Shown piece after piece: positions 9,360-18,384 of a DNA stretch of 64,000 bases (position 1 is the first letter of the stretch; every line of letters begins with the position of its first letter). The notes under the pieces are model-generated. The model saw only the letters and a list, made by a program, of their open reading frames with translations. It searched no databases and was not told the DNA's origin. Both the position numbers and the translations under genes were made by a program. The DNA is from an uncultured bacterium (GTDB taxonomy: Bacteria > Hydrothermota > UBA3073 > NMUJ01 > CBEVQO01). The DNA lies in assembly GCA_965552055.1 (NCBI GenBank), contig CBEVQO010000003.1, forward strand, positions 32,001 to 96,000, written 5' to 3'.

Positions 9360-10318
9360 ACTTTTACTTTCTGGAATTTGCGTACGAATGATTTTATTTT
9401 GTTTGCGATACTTTCTGGCGTTAAGCCATATTTTTCATATAATTCTTTCGGAGTGCCAGATTCACAGAACCTATCTTCGATTCCTATTTTCAAAAGATAA
9501 ACGGGATATTCTTTTAAAAGCACTTCACCTACAGCATCTCCAAGTCCTCCTATTATCGTATGGTCTTCACATGTTACTATCAATTTCGTTTTTTTAGCGT
9601 ATTTTATGATTGTGCGTCTGTCTATTGGTTTCACGCTATATGCGTCAATAACGGCTGCATTTATGCCTTCGTTTTCAAGCATTTCAGCAGCTAAAAGTGC
9701 ATTCCCCACCAGTAAACCTATTGCAAAGATTGCTACATCTTCGCCATCACGCAAAATAAAAGATTTGCCAACTTCGAATTCTTCTATTCCTTTGTAAATT
9801 ACAGGAAGAGAAGGGCGTGTCAGTCGAATATAGAAAGGTCCATCAATGTAAGCTACCTTTTTGACCAACATTTTTGTCTGATATGCATCCGATGGCACCA
9901 ATACTCTCATTCCGGGTATTGCACGCATGAGTGCTATATCTTCAGTTGCCTGATGTGTTACACCATCCTGTCCTGTTGCTATTCCTCCGTGTGTCGCTAC
10001 AATTTTAACATTCAAATACGGGTAAGCGATACTTGTGCGAATTTGCTCCCATGCTCTACCTGTTGCAAATATTGCAAATGTACTCGCAAACACTATTTTG
10101 CCACTCAAAGCAAGACCCGCAGCGGTGCCCATCATATCCTGTTCGGAAATACCAACATCGAAGAATCTTTCAGGGAATTTTTTACCGAACTCTATTGTTT
10201 TTGTTGACTTTGCCAAATCTGCATCCAGCACCACTATTCTTTTGTCTTGCGAGCCCAATTCAATAAGTGCCTCCGCATAAGCCTTCCTTGGCGATAATAC
10301 TTTATTTATGTCAATCAT
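9356..10318 (-). CDS. Transketolase, C-terminal subunit
   Basis: DADLAKST, GISEQ, GQDGVTHQ, YIRLTR, EDH..IGGLG motifs. Confidence 0.93.
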   Translation of the reverse strand: MIDINKVLSPRKAYAEALIELGSQDKRIVVLDADLAKSTKTIEFGKKFPERFFDVGISEQDMMGTAAGLALSGKIVFASTFAIFATGRAWEQIRTSIAYPYLNVKIVATHGGIATGQDGVTHQATEDIALMRAIPGMRVLVPSDAYQTKMLVKKVAYIDGPFYIRLTRPSLPVIYKGIEEFEVGKSFILRDGEDVAIFAIGLLVGNALLAAEMLENEGINAAVIDAYSVKPIDRRTIIKYAKKTKLIVTCEDHTIIGGLGDAVGEVLLKEYPVYLLKIGIEDRFCESGTPKELYEKYGLTPESIANKIKSFVRKFQKVKV

Positions 10319-11135
10319 TTTCCTCCAACTCCTTTAAGGCAATTTCTGCCTGCTCAGGGGTTGGAGCTTTACCATGCCAGTCAACCTGCCCCTCCATAAA
10401 ACTCACACCTTTGCCCTTTATAGTATTTGCTATTATCATCGTGGGTTTGCCTTTTATCTTCTCTGCCTCCTTAAATGCGTTAAAAATTTGTTCATAATTA
10501 TGACCATCTATGACGATTGTATGCCAGCCGAAACTTTCCCATTTTTCTTTCAGAGGATAGGGGTCTTTCACTTCTTTTATTTTGCCATCTATTTGTAAGC
10601 CATTGTGGTCGAGTATTGCACATAAATTATCAAGTTTGTATTTTTTTGCGGTCATAGCAGCTTCCCATATCTGTCCTTCATCAATTTCACCGTCTCCTAT
10701 TAAGCAATAAACTCTGTAACTCTTTTTATCTATTTTTGCTGCAAGAGCCATACCATTTGCTATAGATAATCCCTGACCAAGAGAGCCCGTTGTTGCTTCA
10801 ACTCCTGGCGTGTCCATATTATAGGGGTGTCCCTGTAATTTGCTTCCTACTTTTCTTAATGTTTTCAGCCATTCTCGTGGGAAAAAGCCTGCGAGTGCCA
10901 GCACAGCATAAAGACAGGGAGCAGCATGACCCTTTGATAACACAAATCTATCCCTATCTTCCCATTGCGGATTTTCAGGGTCATATCTTAAAATTCCACC
11001 AAAATAGAGTGCAACTATTATTTCGACACATGAGAGAGAACCACCCGGATGCCCGGAACCTGCTCTCACAAGCATTTTTATTATCTCTTTCCTGACTTCT
11101 TTTGCTATCCTTTTTAATTCTTTATAATTTTTCAT
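10311..11135 (-). CDS. Transketolase, N-terminal subunit
   Basis: SGHPGGSLS, DRFVLSKGH, TGSLGQG, TPP motif GDGE..EG..WEA. Confidence 0.95.
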   Translation of the reverse strand: MKNYKELKRIAKEVRKEIIKMLVRAGSGHPGGSLSCVEIIVALYFGGILRYDPENPQWEDRDRFVLSKGHAAPCLYAVLALAGFFPREWLKTLRKVGSKLQGHPYNMDTPGVEATTGSLGQGLSIANGMALAAKIDKKSYRVYCLIGDGEIDEGQIWEAAMTAKKYKLDNLCAILDHNGLQIDGKIKEVKDPYPLKEKWESFGWHTIVIDGHNYEQIFNAFKEAEKIKGKPTMIIANTIKGKGVSFMEGQVDWHGKAPTPEQAEIALKELEEND

Positions 11136-12061
11136 TTTTTCTCCTCTTTTAATTTGCTTACAAGTTTTTCTGCAAGTTTTATTGCTTCAATCATACTGCT
11201 TGGATTTGCTTCACCTTTTCCCGCAATATCATAAGCAGTTCCATGGATAGGTGATGTCCTTACAAAAGGTAATCCTATTGTAACATTTACTGCTTTTTCG
11301 AAAGCTTTAACCTTTACGGGAATTGTCCCTTGATCGTGGTACATTGCAACGATAGCATCATATTCTTTTACAAAAGCAGCATCTGCACCAACAGGACCTT
11401 CAACATTTATCCCCTTTTTCTGTGCATCAACGACAGCCGGTTCTATAACCTCTTCTTCCTCTATTCCGAATTCACCATGCGGATTTAAAGCACACACAAC
11501 TATTTTCGGATTTTCCATATCGAGTTTATGACGCAAAAAGTCATCTGTTAAAACAATTGTCTCGAGTACACTTATTTTACTCAATTTCTTTGGTACTTCG
11601 CAAATAGGTATATGTGTTGTTACAAGCGATACCTTAATTTCGTCCGATACATACATCATAACGCATCTTGGTGCTTTTGTATAAGAAGCAAGAATTTCGG
11701 TATGTCCCGGATAATTTATCCCTGCAAGCATGAATGCCCTTTTGTGTATGGGAGCCGTAACAATTCCTTTTATTTCGCCTTTAAGTGCCATATCGATAGC
11801 CCTTACAATCGCCTTATAAGCTGCTTTACCTCCCTGTTTTGTCGCCCTTCCATAAGGCACCTCATCTCTCATAAGTTCTCCTGTATCCACGATATTTTCT
11901 GGTGGAGGTAATTCGAGTTTTTCAGCTTCTGCCTCGATTAAATTCTCAGCACCAATCACTATGTATTTGTTCCATGCTTTTAGCTCGTTGAGTGCTTTCA
12001 GTATCACTTCAATTCCGATGCCCGAAGGGTCTCCCATTGTGATAGCAATATCAGGCATCAC
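11132..12061 (-). CDS. pdxA: 4-hydroxythreonine-4-phosphate dehydrogenase
   Basis: TMGDPSGIG, GHTE, LNPH, AMYHDQG, RTSPIHGTAYDIAG motifs. Confidence 0.95.
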   Translation of the reverse strand: MMPDIAITMGDPSGIGIEVILKALNELKAWNKYIVIGAENLIEAEAEKLELPPPENIVDTGELMRDEVPYGRATKQGGKAAYKAIVRAIDMALKGEIKGIVTAPIHKRAFMLAGINYPGHTEILASYTKAPRCVMMYVSDEIKVSLVTTHIPICEVPKKLSKISVLETIVLTDDFLRHKLDMENPKIVVCALNPHGEFGIEEEEVIEPAVVDAQKKGINVEGPVGADAAFVKEYDAIVAMYHDQGTIPVKVKAFEKAVNVTIGLPFVRTSPIHGTAYDIAGKGEANPSSMIEAIKLAEKLVSKLKEEKK

Positions 12062-13215
12062 ATCCTCACTTCTACATACACCTCTTTTTTCATTTCTTCA
12101 CTTAAAATATCTCTATAATGCTGTAATTTGCGTTCAAGCAAATAATTTTTTAAATCTTCTTTTATCTCTTCAAATTCAGGAGTTTTTGCTTCTCTTTTTT
12201 CGATTATTTTCATAATATAAAATCCATCGGGTCTGTTAAAGGAATAAATTTCTCCTTCTTTTACCTCATCGATATCAATATTTACACTCAATGCGTCTAA
12301 CGGTATGAAATTTTCACTGAAATCATATACTCTGTAATTAATATCATCGATTTGATTATTTGCGAGCAGTTCTTTCACCATTTCCACTTCTCCGAGAGTA
12401 AAAATAGAATCTTTTTTCGTTGGTTTCACTTTAATTGCTATATCTTTTATTTCTGCCAAATCTCCTCTTTTACTTTCGCACTCTATTATGTGTATCGCAT
12501 CTTTTGTATAAATTTTTCTGATTTCTTTTGGCTTCATATTTTCTATTTCTACTCTAAAAATGGGCGATAAATTCGATATCCTCACTGTATATCGTATCCT
12601 TGGTATATCGGAATAAAGTTGTGCTATTTCGTCGAAATTTTCTTCGTTTATCATTTTCATTACTTCACTGGCTTTTTCTTCTGCTTTTTCTTTTGCTTCT
12701 TCAGAGATGTAATAGGGCACTTCTACAGCGATAAATTTTATTGCACTCGGAAATTGTGGTAAAGAATCTTTTTTCTTCAGGTAAAATAGATAAGCTTCGA
12801 GGTCTGTTACAAATGGGATGCTATATTTTTTCTGCAACAATTTTTGTATCATAAGTTCTTCCTTTGCTTCCTTTGTTAATTTATCATAAAGCATATCAAT
12901 AGTTAAGCCCTGTTTACTTAATTCTTTTTTGAAATCCTCTTCTGATGGGAAATTTCTTTTCATATTTTCTACCATTTTATCTACCTGTGGGAAAACTTCT
13001 TCATCGCTAACGATTATACTCTCTTTCTCTGCCATTTTGAATAATAATTTCCTTTGTATCATCAATTTCAGGATATCTTTCTCCGGTAAACCTGTTGTCA
13101 TGCGTGTTATTTCGATTTCGCTCCTTGTTATAACTTTTTCTCCAACTACTGCTACTATTTCATCTGTAAAACCTGTTAATTGTGAAATTAAAAATAAACT
13201 AATGTAGCAAATCAT
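12058..13215 (-). CDS. SurA-like periplasmic chaperone/PPIase
   Basis: SurA N-domain-like DEIVAVVGEKVITRSE; degenerate parvulin domain; adjacent to pdxA. Confidence 0.75.
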   Translation of the reverse strand: MICYISLFLISQLTGFTDEIVAVVGEKVITRSEIEITRMTTGLPEKDILKLMIQRKLLFKMAEKESIIVSDEEVFPQVDKMVENMKRNFPSEEDFKKELSKQGLTIDMLYDKLTKEAKEELMIQKLLQKKYSIPFVTDLEAYLFYLKKKDSLPQFPSAIKFIAVEVPYYISEEAKEKAEEKASEVMKMINEENFDEIAQLYSDIPRIRYTVRISNLSPIFRVEIENMKPKEIRKIYTKDAIHIIECESKRGDLAEIKDIAIKVKPTKKDSIFTLGEVEMVKELLANNQIDDINYRVYDFSENFIPLDALSVNIDIDEVKEGEIYSFNRPDGFYIMKIIEKREAKTPEFEEIKEDLKNYLLERKLQHYRDILSEEMKKEVYVEVRM

Positions 13216-14035
13216 AATTTATTTCGACTTTTACTTTTTTCTTCAGAGAATCGAGTAAACTCTGAAGCACCCTTTTTGCTTTCTCTGCTCTAAGCATATC
13301 TTCCAGTTTATATTTAACATCGTCAAATGTTATTTTCTTCTTTAATTTTCTTTTTCTCAAGCATTTTAAAATATGGTATCCCCATACGGTTTTAATTGGC
13401 TTACTTATTTCTCCGGGGTTAAGTCGGAATAAAGCATCTTCAAGTGTTTTGTCACCAAGTTCGCCCCTCCTTACAGTACCAATGAAGCCGTCGTTTTGTT
13501 TAAAAGGTTCTATTGAATATTTCCTTACCATTTCAGTAAAATCCGCACCTTCTTTTAATTTCTCATAAATCTCCTCTGCAGTGGCTAAATCCTTTACAAC
13601 GATTTGTGCAGCATCTATTTCTATGTTCAATTCATCCTTCAATGAATCATAATACGCCTTTAACTCTTCCGGTGATACAAAAATTTTATCCTGAATGTAT
13701 CTGTTTAAAAATTCATTTGCTAGCATTGCGTGCATCGCTTCTTTTAATCTTTCTCTGACATCGGGCTCCTTATCCAATCCCATTTTCTTTGCTTTATAGT
13801 AAAGTAGCTCCTGATTGACCCATTGTTCAACGAGTTGTTTTTTATCCTCAAAAGTCATTTGCGAAAGATATTCCGGTGGTATAGTCTGGTAGAATCTCGA
13901 TATCGTGAGATATTCTTTCCCTACTCTGGCGATATATTTCTCCGGTGCACTTTTCGCAATCCTCATACCTATGAATATCCCTGCAACACATAAAAGAACC
14001 GCCACCACTATATATATTAGCGTTTCCTTTTTCAT
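13199..14035 (-). CDS. PpiC/parvulin-type peptidyl-prolyl isomerase (PrsA-like)
   Basis: N-terminal TM; GADFTEMVRKYS, DGFIG, GEISKPIKTVWGYHI motifs. Confidence 0.88.
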   Translation of the reverse strand: MKKETLIYIVVAVLLCVAGIFIGMRIAKSAPEKYIARVGKEYLTISRFYQTIPPEYLSQMTFEDKKQLVEQWVNQELLYYKAKKMGLDKEPDVRERLKEAMHAMLANEFLNRYIQDKIFVSPEELKAYYDSLKDELNIEIDAAQIVVKDLATAEEIYEKLKEGADFTEMVRKYSIEPFKQNDGFIGTVRRGELGDKTLEDALFRLNPGEISKPIKTVWGYHILKCLRKRKLKKKITFDDVKYKLEDMLRAEKAKRVLQSLLDSLKKKVKVEINYDLLH

Positions 14036-15351
14036 AATTCCACCTCCATTAACAAATTGCGATTTACCCTTACTTTATATTTCTTCGTTAGTTTATTGAT
14101 AAGTGAATCTGTTATTGCTTTTATCCTCTCTCTCCTTAATTTATGTCGGATTTTCATCCTTACCTCTAAATATCTTTTTCCAATCTCCTTCTTATGCTTT
14201 TTATAATAATTGTAAACATCATGCCATGTTACTTCTGCCTTCTGCCATATATATTCCCTTTTATAAGATTCCACCATCAATTTATCTTCTAAATTCTGTA
14301 TTGCTTTATAATATCGTGGAGATTTATGCAACAGCATTCTTTTTGCCTGATTTATCAGAAGATACTTTGAAAGTGCGAGGTCTCTCAGAAATTTTTTTAT
14401 AGTCCTTGGTCTGTTAAAAATTATACGACTTTTAATATTCATCGCTTCATTTATGAATTGAAGTGCATTTATCTCTTTATTATCCCATCTGCAGAGCCAC
14501 ATTTTGTGTTCTTTGAAACGCAGATAGGGTAGAGGATTGACAGGATTCTCCTTTCGCACAGCTTCTGTCCTTTTAGCAAGTTCGTTAATAAGTGAATCAT
14601 TATATTGCAGACCATAGAGCCATTCAAGATAAGAATAATAATCGTTAATCAACTTATATCTCATTCTTGCGACTACTTCTCTTCTCTTACTTAAACTGGC
14701 AAATGGTTTAAATGCTCTTTCTTCCCAATACGCAAAATCCTCTGGCATCACAATGTAATATTTCTCTCCATCTTTAAATGGCAAAGAAATTTGTCCCTTT
14801 TTCAAAGAAAATACTACATTCATAAATTTGCGACTACGCTGTAAGCCATTTACCCAGCCAATAAATCCTCCATCTTTCTTTGACCTTAAATCTTTTGAAT
14901 ATCTCATAGCAAGTTCATCAAATTTTTTGCCTTTTCTTAGTTCGTGAAATACAAGCCATGCGGTATCTTTTGTGTTAAATTCCATGACCCAAAGTTTCGC
15001 TCTTTTCCTGAATCTGTACCACAATAGACGCAATCTCACATAAACCTCCCGGGAATCAACAGAAGGTAACCTGCTTTTTATAACACTGTTATACAATAAC
15101 TTCAAAAGGGTATCTTTTTTTACTTCTTTTAACAAATATTTTATTCTCTCACGAAATAGCTTATTTTCGGCATCCAGCAAAAATAATTTTTCACATATCA
15201 GAGAATCGATAACCCTTTTTCGTGTTGAAAAACTATCAGGATTTTCATAATTTTTTAATGCTTTTTTAAATTCTTCAACGGTTACAGGTAAAGTATCAAC
15301 CCATGCTACCGCTTTTACATTCATCATAGATATTAAAATCAACATAAGCAT
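14032..15351 (-). CDS. Parvulin-domain foldase-like protein
   Basis: GKKFDELAMRYSKD..SKKDGGFIGW and GQISLP parvulin motifs. Confidence 0.75.
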   Translation of the reverse strand: MLMLILISMMNVKAVAWVDTLPVTVEEFKKALKNYENPDSFSTRKRVIDSLICEKLFLLDAENKLFRERIKYLLKEVKKDTLLKLLYNSVIKSRLPSVDSREVYVRLRLLWYRFRKRAKLWVMEFNTKDTAWLVFHELRKGKKFDELAMRYSKDLRSKKDGGFIGWVNGLQRSRKFMNVVFSLKKGQISLPFKDGEKYYIVMPEDFAYWEERAFKPFASLSKRREVVARMRYKLINDYYSYLEWLYGLQYNDSLINELAKRTEAVRKENPVNPLPYLRFKEHKMWLCRWDNKEINALQFINEAMNIKSRIIFNRPRTIKKFLRDLALSKYLLINQAKRMLLHKSPRYYKAIQNLEDKLMVESYKREYIWQKAEVTWHDVYNYYKKHKKEIGKRYLEVRMKIRHKLRRERIKAITDSLINKLTKKYKVRVNRNLLMEVEL

Positions 15352-15356
15352 CCTCT

Positions 15357-15383
15357 ATTTTAATCAAAAAATAATTTTAGCAA
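15357..15383 (-). promoter_or_regulatory. Promoter TTGCTA-N15-TAAAAT
   Basis: -35 at 15383-15378, -10 at 15362-15357, ATG 15351 five nt later. Confidence 0.6.
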
Positions 15384-18289
15384 GCTTTTTTCAAAAATTT
15401 TAAAAAATTCTCTGGAGACAAACTTAATTCTACAAATTCTTCAACTTTCTCAATCCTTATCCTCTCATCAAATACATTTTTTAAAAATTTTTTGTCAATT
15501 TTGCCTTTAAACTTTAATCTTACCTTTCTTTCTCCGATTTCTGCTTTTATTATTCTAAATTTTTCGCAGTAAAGTGCTATTTCTTTTGCGAGTAATAAAT
15601 TTCTGGCTTCAACAGGTGGCTCACCAAATCTATCTTTTAGTTCTTTCACAAATTCATAAAATTTATCAACATCCTCTATTCCTGCAAGTCGCTTATACAG
15701 GGCAATTTTGCGATTTGGGTCAACATAATAATCAGGGAAAAAGGCATCCCTATCTATTTTTACTTCGCATCTTATTTTTTCTTCTTTCTTTTCGCCTTTT
15801 AATTCTTTGATTGTATCTTCAAGCAATTTCATATAAAGATTGTATCCAATCATATTTACAAAGCCATGTTGCTCTTTGCCAAGCACATTACCTGCTCCTC
15901 TCATCTCAAGGTCTTTCATAGCAAGTTTAAATCCTGCACCAAGTTCTGCGAAACTAACAATAGCTGCTATCCTTTTCTTTGCTTTATCCGTAATTTTACG
16001 GGGAATTATAAGATAGCAATATGCCTGACGATGAGACCTGCCAACTCTTCCTCTTAGCTGATGCAAATCAGCCAGCCCAAATTTATCTGCTCTATTTATT
16101 ATTATGGTGTTGGCATTGGGTACATCTATCCCTGTTCCCACAATCGCAGTCGAAACAAGTACATCAATTTCTCCTTTCATAAATCTTTCCATTATTTTTT
16201 CGAGAATTCTTGAGGGTAACTTTGCGTGTGCTACTTCTATTCTTACATCTGGCAATAATTTTTGTAAAACCTCTGCAATGTTATAGATTGATGTTATTCT
16301 ATTGTGAATGAAATAGACCTGACCCCCTCTCTCAATTTCCTTCATTATTATATTTTTGATAAGCTCATTATCCCATTTTATTACCTGTGTTATTACTGCT
16401 TTCCTGCCGGGTGGAGGCGTCTCAATCACAGACAGGTCTCTAATCCCTGTAAGTGCCATATACAGTGTGCGGGGAATGGGTGTTGCTGTGAGAGAAAGAG
16501 TATCAACATTTACTTTCATCTGCCTTATCTTTTCTTTATGCCTTACTCCAAATTTATGCTCATCATCAATTATCAACAATCCCAAATCTTTAAATTTTAC
16601 ATCGGGAGATAATAATCTGTGAGTGCCTATTACAATATCAATTGTGCCATCAGAAAGACCTTTTAAAATTTCTTTTTCTTCTTTTTTACTCGTAAATCTC
16701 GATAACATTCTTATTTCAACTGGAAAATCTTTTAACCTTTCTTTAAAATTCAAGTAATGTTGCTCTGCAAGGATAGTTGTTGGACACAAAAAGCATACCT
16801 GTTTGAAATTCATTACGCATTTAAAAGCTGCACGGAGAGCGAGTTCTGTCTTGCCAAAACCAACATCACCACAGACAACCCTATCCATGGGAAAATCACT
16901 TTCCATATCTCTTTTTATGTCAGAAAGGGCTTTTAACTGGTCTTCTGTTTCTTCATACGGAAAACTCAGTTCAAAAATTTTTTGCTCCGGGGTATCAGGC
17001 GAGAATTTAAATCCTTTTTCAATTTTCCTTTTTGCATACAAAATAAGTAACTCTTTTAACATTTTTTCGAGTGCAGTTTTTACTTTCTTTTTCTTCAATT
17101 CCCAATCATTTGAACTGAGACGTGATAATTTTGGCTCACCGCCATCAAGATTTTCGTATTTATCAACGAGATAAAGATTTTCAACGGGGACATAAACCTT
17201 TCCGTCTTCATATTCAAGCTCTATGCAATCATAAACTTTGCCTTTGCATTCAATTTGCTTTATCCCTTTATACCTTCCAATTCCATAATCCTGATGCACA
17301 CAATATTCGCCTTCGGATAGGGAATGTAATAGTTCTTTTGATACTCTTATTTTTTCAAATCTTTTTCTCAAATCTTCTTTTTTACCGAATATATCTTCTT
17401 CTGTGAATACTGCGAGTTTTATATCATCTGCTACAAAACCTGTTTTCGCTGGTAGAATCAAAATTTCTGCATCCATTATCAATTCAGAGATTGACCTTGC
17501 AGTATGAAAATTTTTACATAAAATGATTTTTTTATAATCGCGGTAGCAGGGAAGTGCTTCTTTAAAAATTTTGTAATTCCCATAAAAAGAACTCCTTACA
17601 TTCATGTCAAATCCATCTCCAAAATAAAGGTCATAATTTAAATTCGGGATATTATCGGAGATTAAAAAGCCATTAATTTTTTCAACATCTGTGAATTCTT
17701 CAAATTTTAATGGATAAATTTTGATTTCATCAATTTTTCTTATGGAAGTTTGGGTTTCTACATCGAATTCTCTTATTTCTTCGATTTTATCACCGAAAAA
17801 TTCAATCCTCACAGGATTTTTCGCCAAAATAGGGAAGATGTCAATTATTCCGCCTCTAACAGCATATTCGCCCGGTTCTTCAACAGTTCCAACTCTTTTA
17901 TATCCAAAATCTTCAAAAATTTTTAAAATTTTTTCAAAATTTGTTAAAATTTTTGAATTTAATGTTAAAATTTTTGATTTTAATGTTGAAAAATTTAAGA
18001 TTTTTGTTAAATTTTTCAATGCAAAGATTCCTTCTTTTTGTAGTGCTATTGAGAATTGTAGTGTGTTTGTGTAATCGTTGTCTTTGAGTGTGTAAGCGTT
18101 TAGTAGATTTTGTGTTTCGCAGATTAATTCTTCATTTTCTGTTATCAAAATTATTTTTTTGTGGGTTTGTTTGAATTTGTAGAGTATGAGTATTTTAAGT
18201 AGAGGAGGTATTTCTTTTATTTTCTTTTGTTTTAGTGCATCATTAAATTTTTTCCATTTTTCAACTATTTTAAGTAATTCAGTCATCAT
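15377..18289 (-). CDS. mfd: Transcription-repair coupling factor Mfd
   Basis: RGGIIDIF, RID domain (HQDYGIGRY), GDVGFGKT, DDEHKFG, TATPIPRT, QLRGRVGR, DLEMRGAG motifs. Confidence 0.96.
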   Translation of the reverse strand: MMTELLKIVEKWKKFNDALKQKKIKEIPPLLKILILYKFKQTHKKIILITENEELICETQNLLNAYTLKDNDYTNTLQFSIALQKEGIFALKNLTKILNFSTLKSKILTLNSKILTNFEKILKIFEDFGYKRVGTVEEPGEYAVRGGIIDIFPILAKNPVRIEFFGDKIEEIREFDVETQTSIRKIDEIKIYPLKFEEFTDVEKINGFLISDNIPNLNYDLYFGDGFDMNVRSSFYGNYKIFKEALPCYRDYKKIILCKNFHTARSISELIMDAEILILPAKTGFVADDIKLAVFTEEDIFGKKEDLRKRFEKIRVSKELLHSLSEGEYCVHQDYGIGRYKGIKQIECKGKVYDCIELEYEDGKVYVPVENLYLVDKYENLDGGEPKLSRLSSNDWELKKKKVKTALEKMLKELLILYAKRKIEKGFKFSPDTPEQKIFELSFPYEETEDQLKALSDIKRDMESDFPMDRVVCGDVGFGKTELALRAAFKCVMNFKQVCFLCPTTILAEQHYLNFKERLKDFPVEIRMLSRFTSKKEEKEILKGLSDGTIDIVIGTHRLLSPDVKFKDLGLLIIDDEHKFGVRHKEKIRQMKVNVDTLSLTATPIPRTLYMALTGIRDLSVIETPPPGRKAVITQVIKWDNELIKNIIMKEIERGGQVYFIHNRITSIYNIAEVLQKLLPDVRIEVAHAKLPSRILEKIMERFMKGEIDVLVSTAIVGTGIDVPNANTIIINRADKFGLADLHQLRGRVGRSHRQAYCYLIIPRKITDKAKKRIAAIVSFAELGAGFKLAMKDLEMRGAGNVLGKEQHGFVNMIGYNLYMKLLEDTIKELKGEKKEEKIRCEVKIDRDAFFPDYYVDPNRKIALYKRLAGIEDVDKFYEFVKELKDRFGEPPVEARNLLLAKEIALYCEKFRIIKAEIGERKVRLKFKGKIDKKFLKNVFDERIRIEKVEEFVELSLSPENFLKFLKKAC
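17942..17983. repeat. 21-bp tandem duplication within mfd (LKSKILT/LNSKILT)
   Basis: tgttaaaatttttgaatttaa / tgttaaaatttttgattttaa. Confidence 0.8.
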
Positions 18290-18384
18290 AATTTATTTTC
18301 TAAATTCTGGGGTTGTCAAGCTATAAGGATATTAGGAGATTTTGTTTAATGTAGGTATCTGAAATTATTTGTTTTAAAACAAAA

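Noticed and set aside
18291..18319. mfd promoter as another N15 example
   Set aside because: TTGACA is present (18319-18314) but there is no TAnnnT at 15-17 bp spacing; counted as an exception
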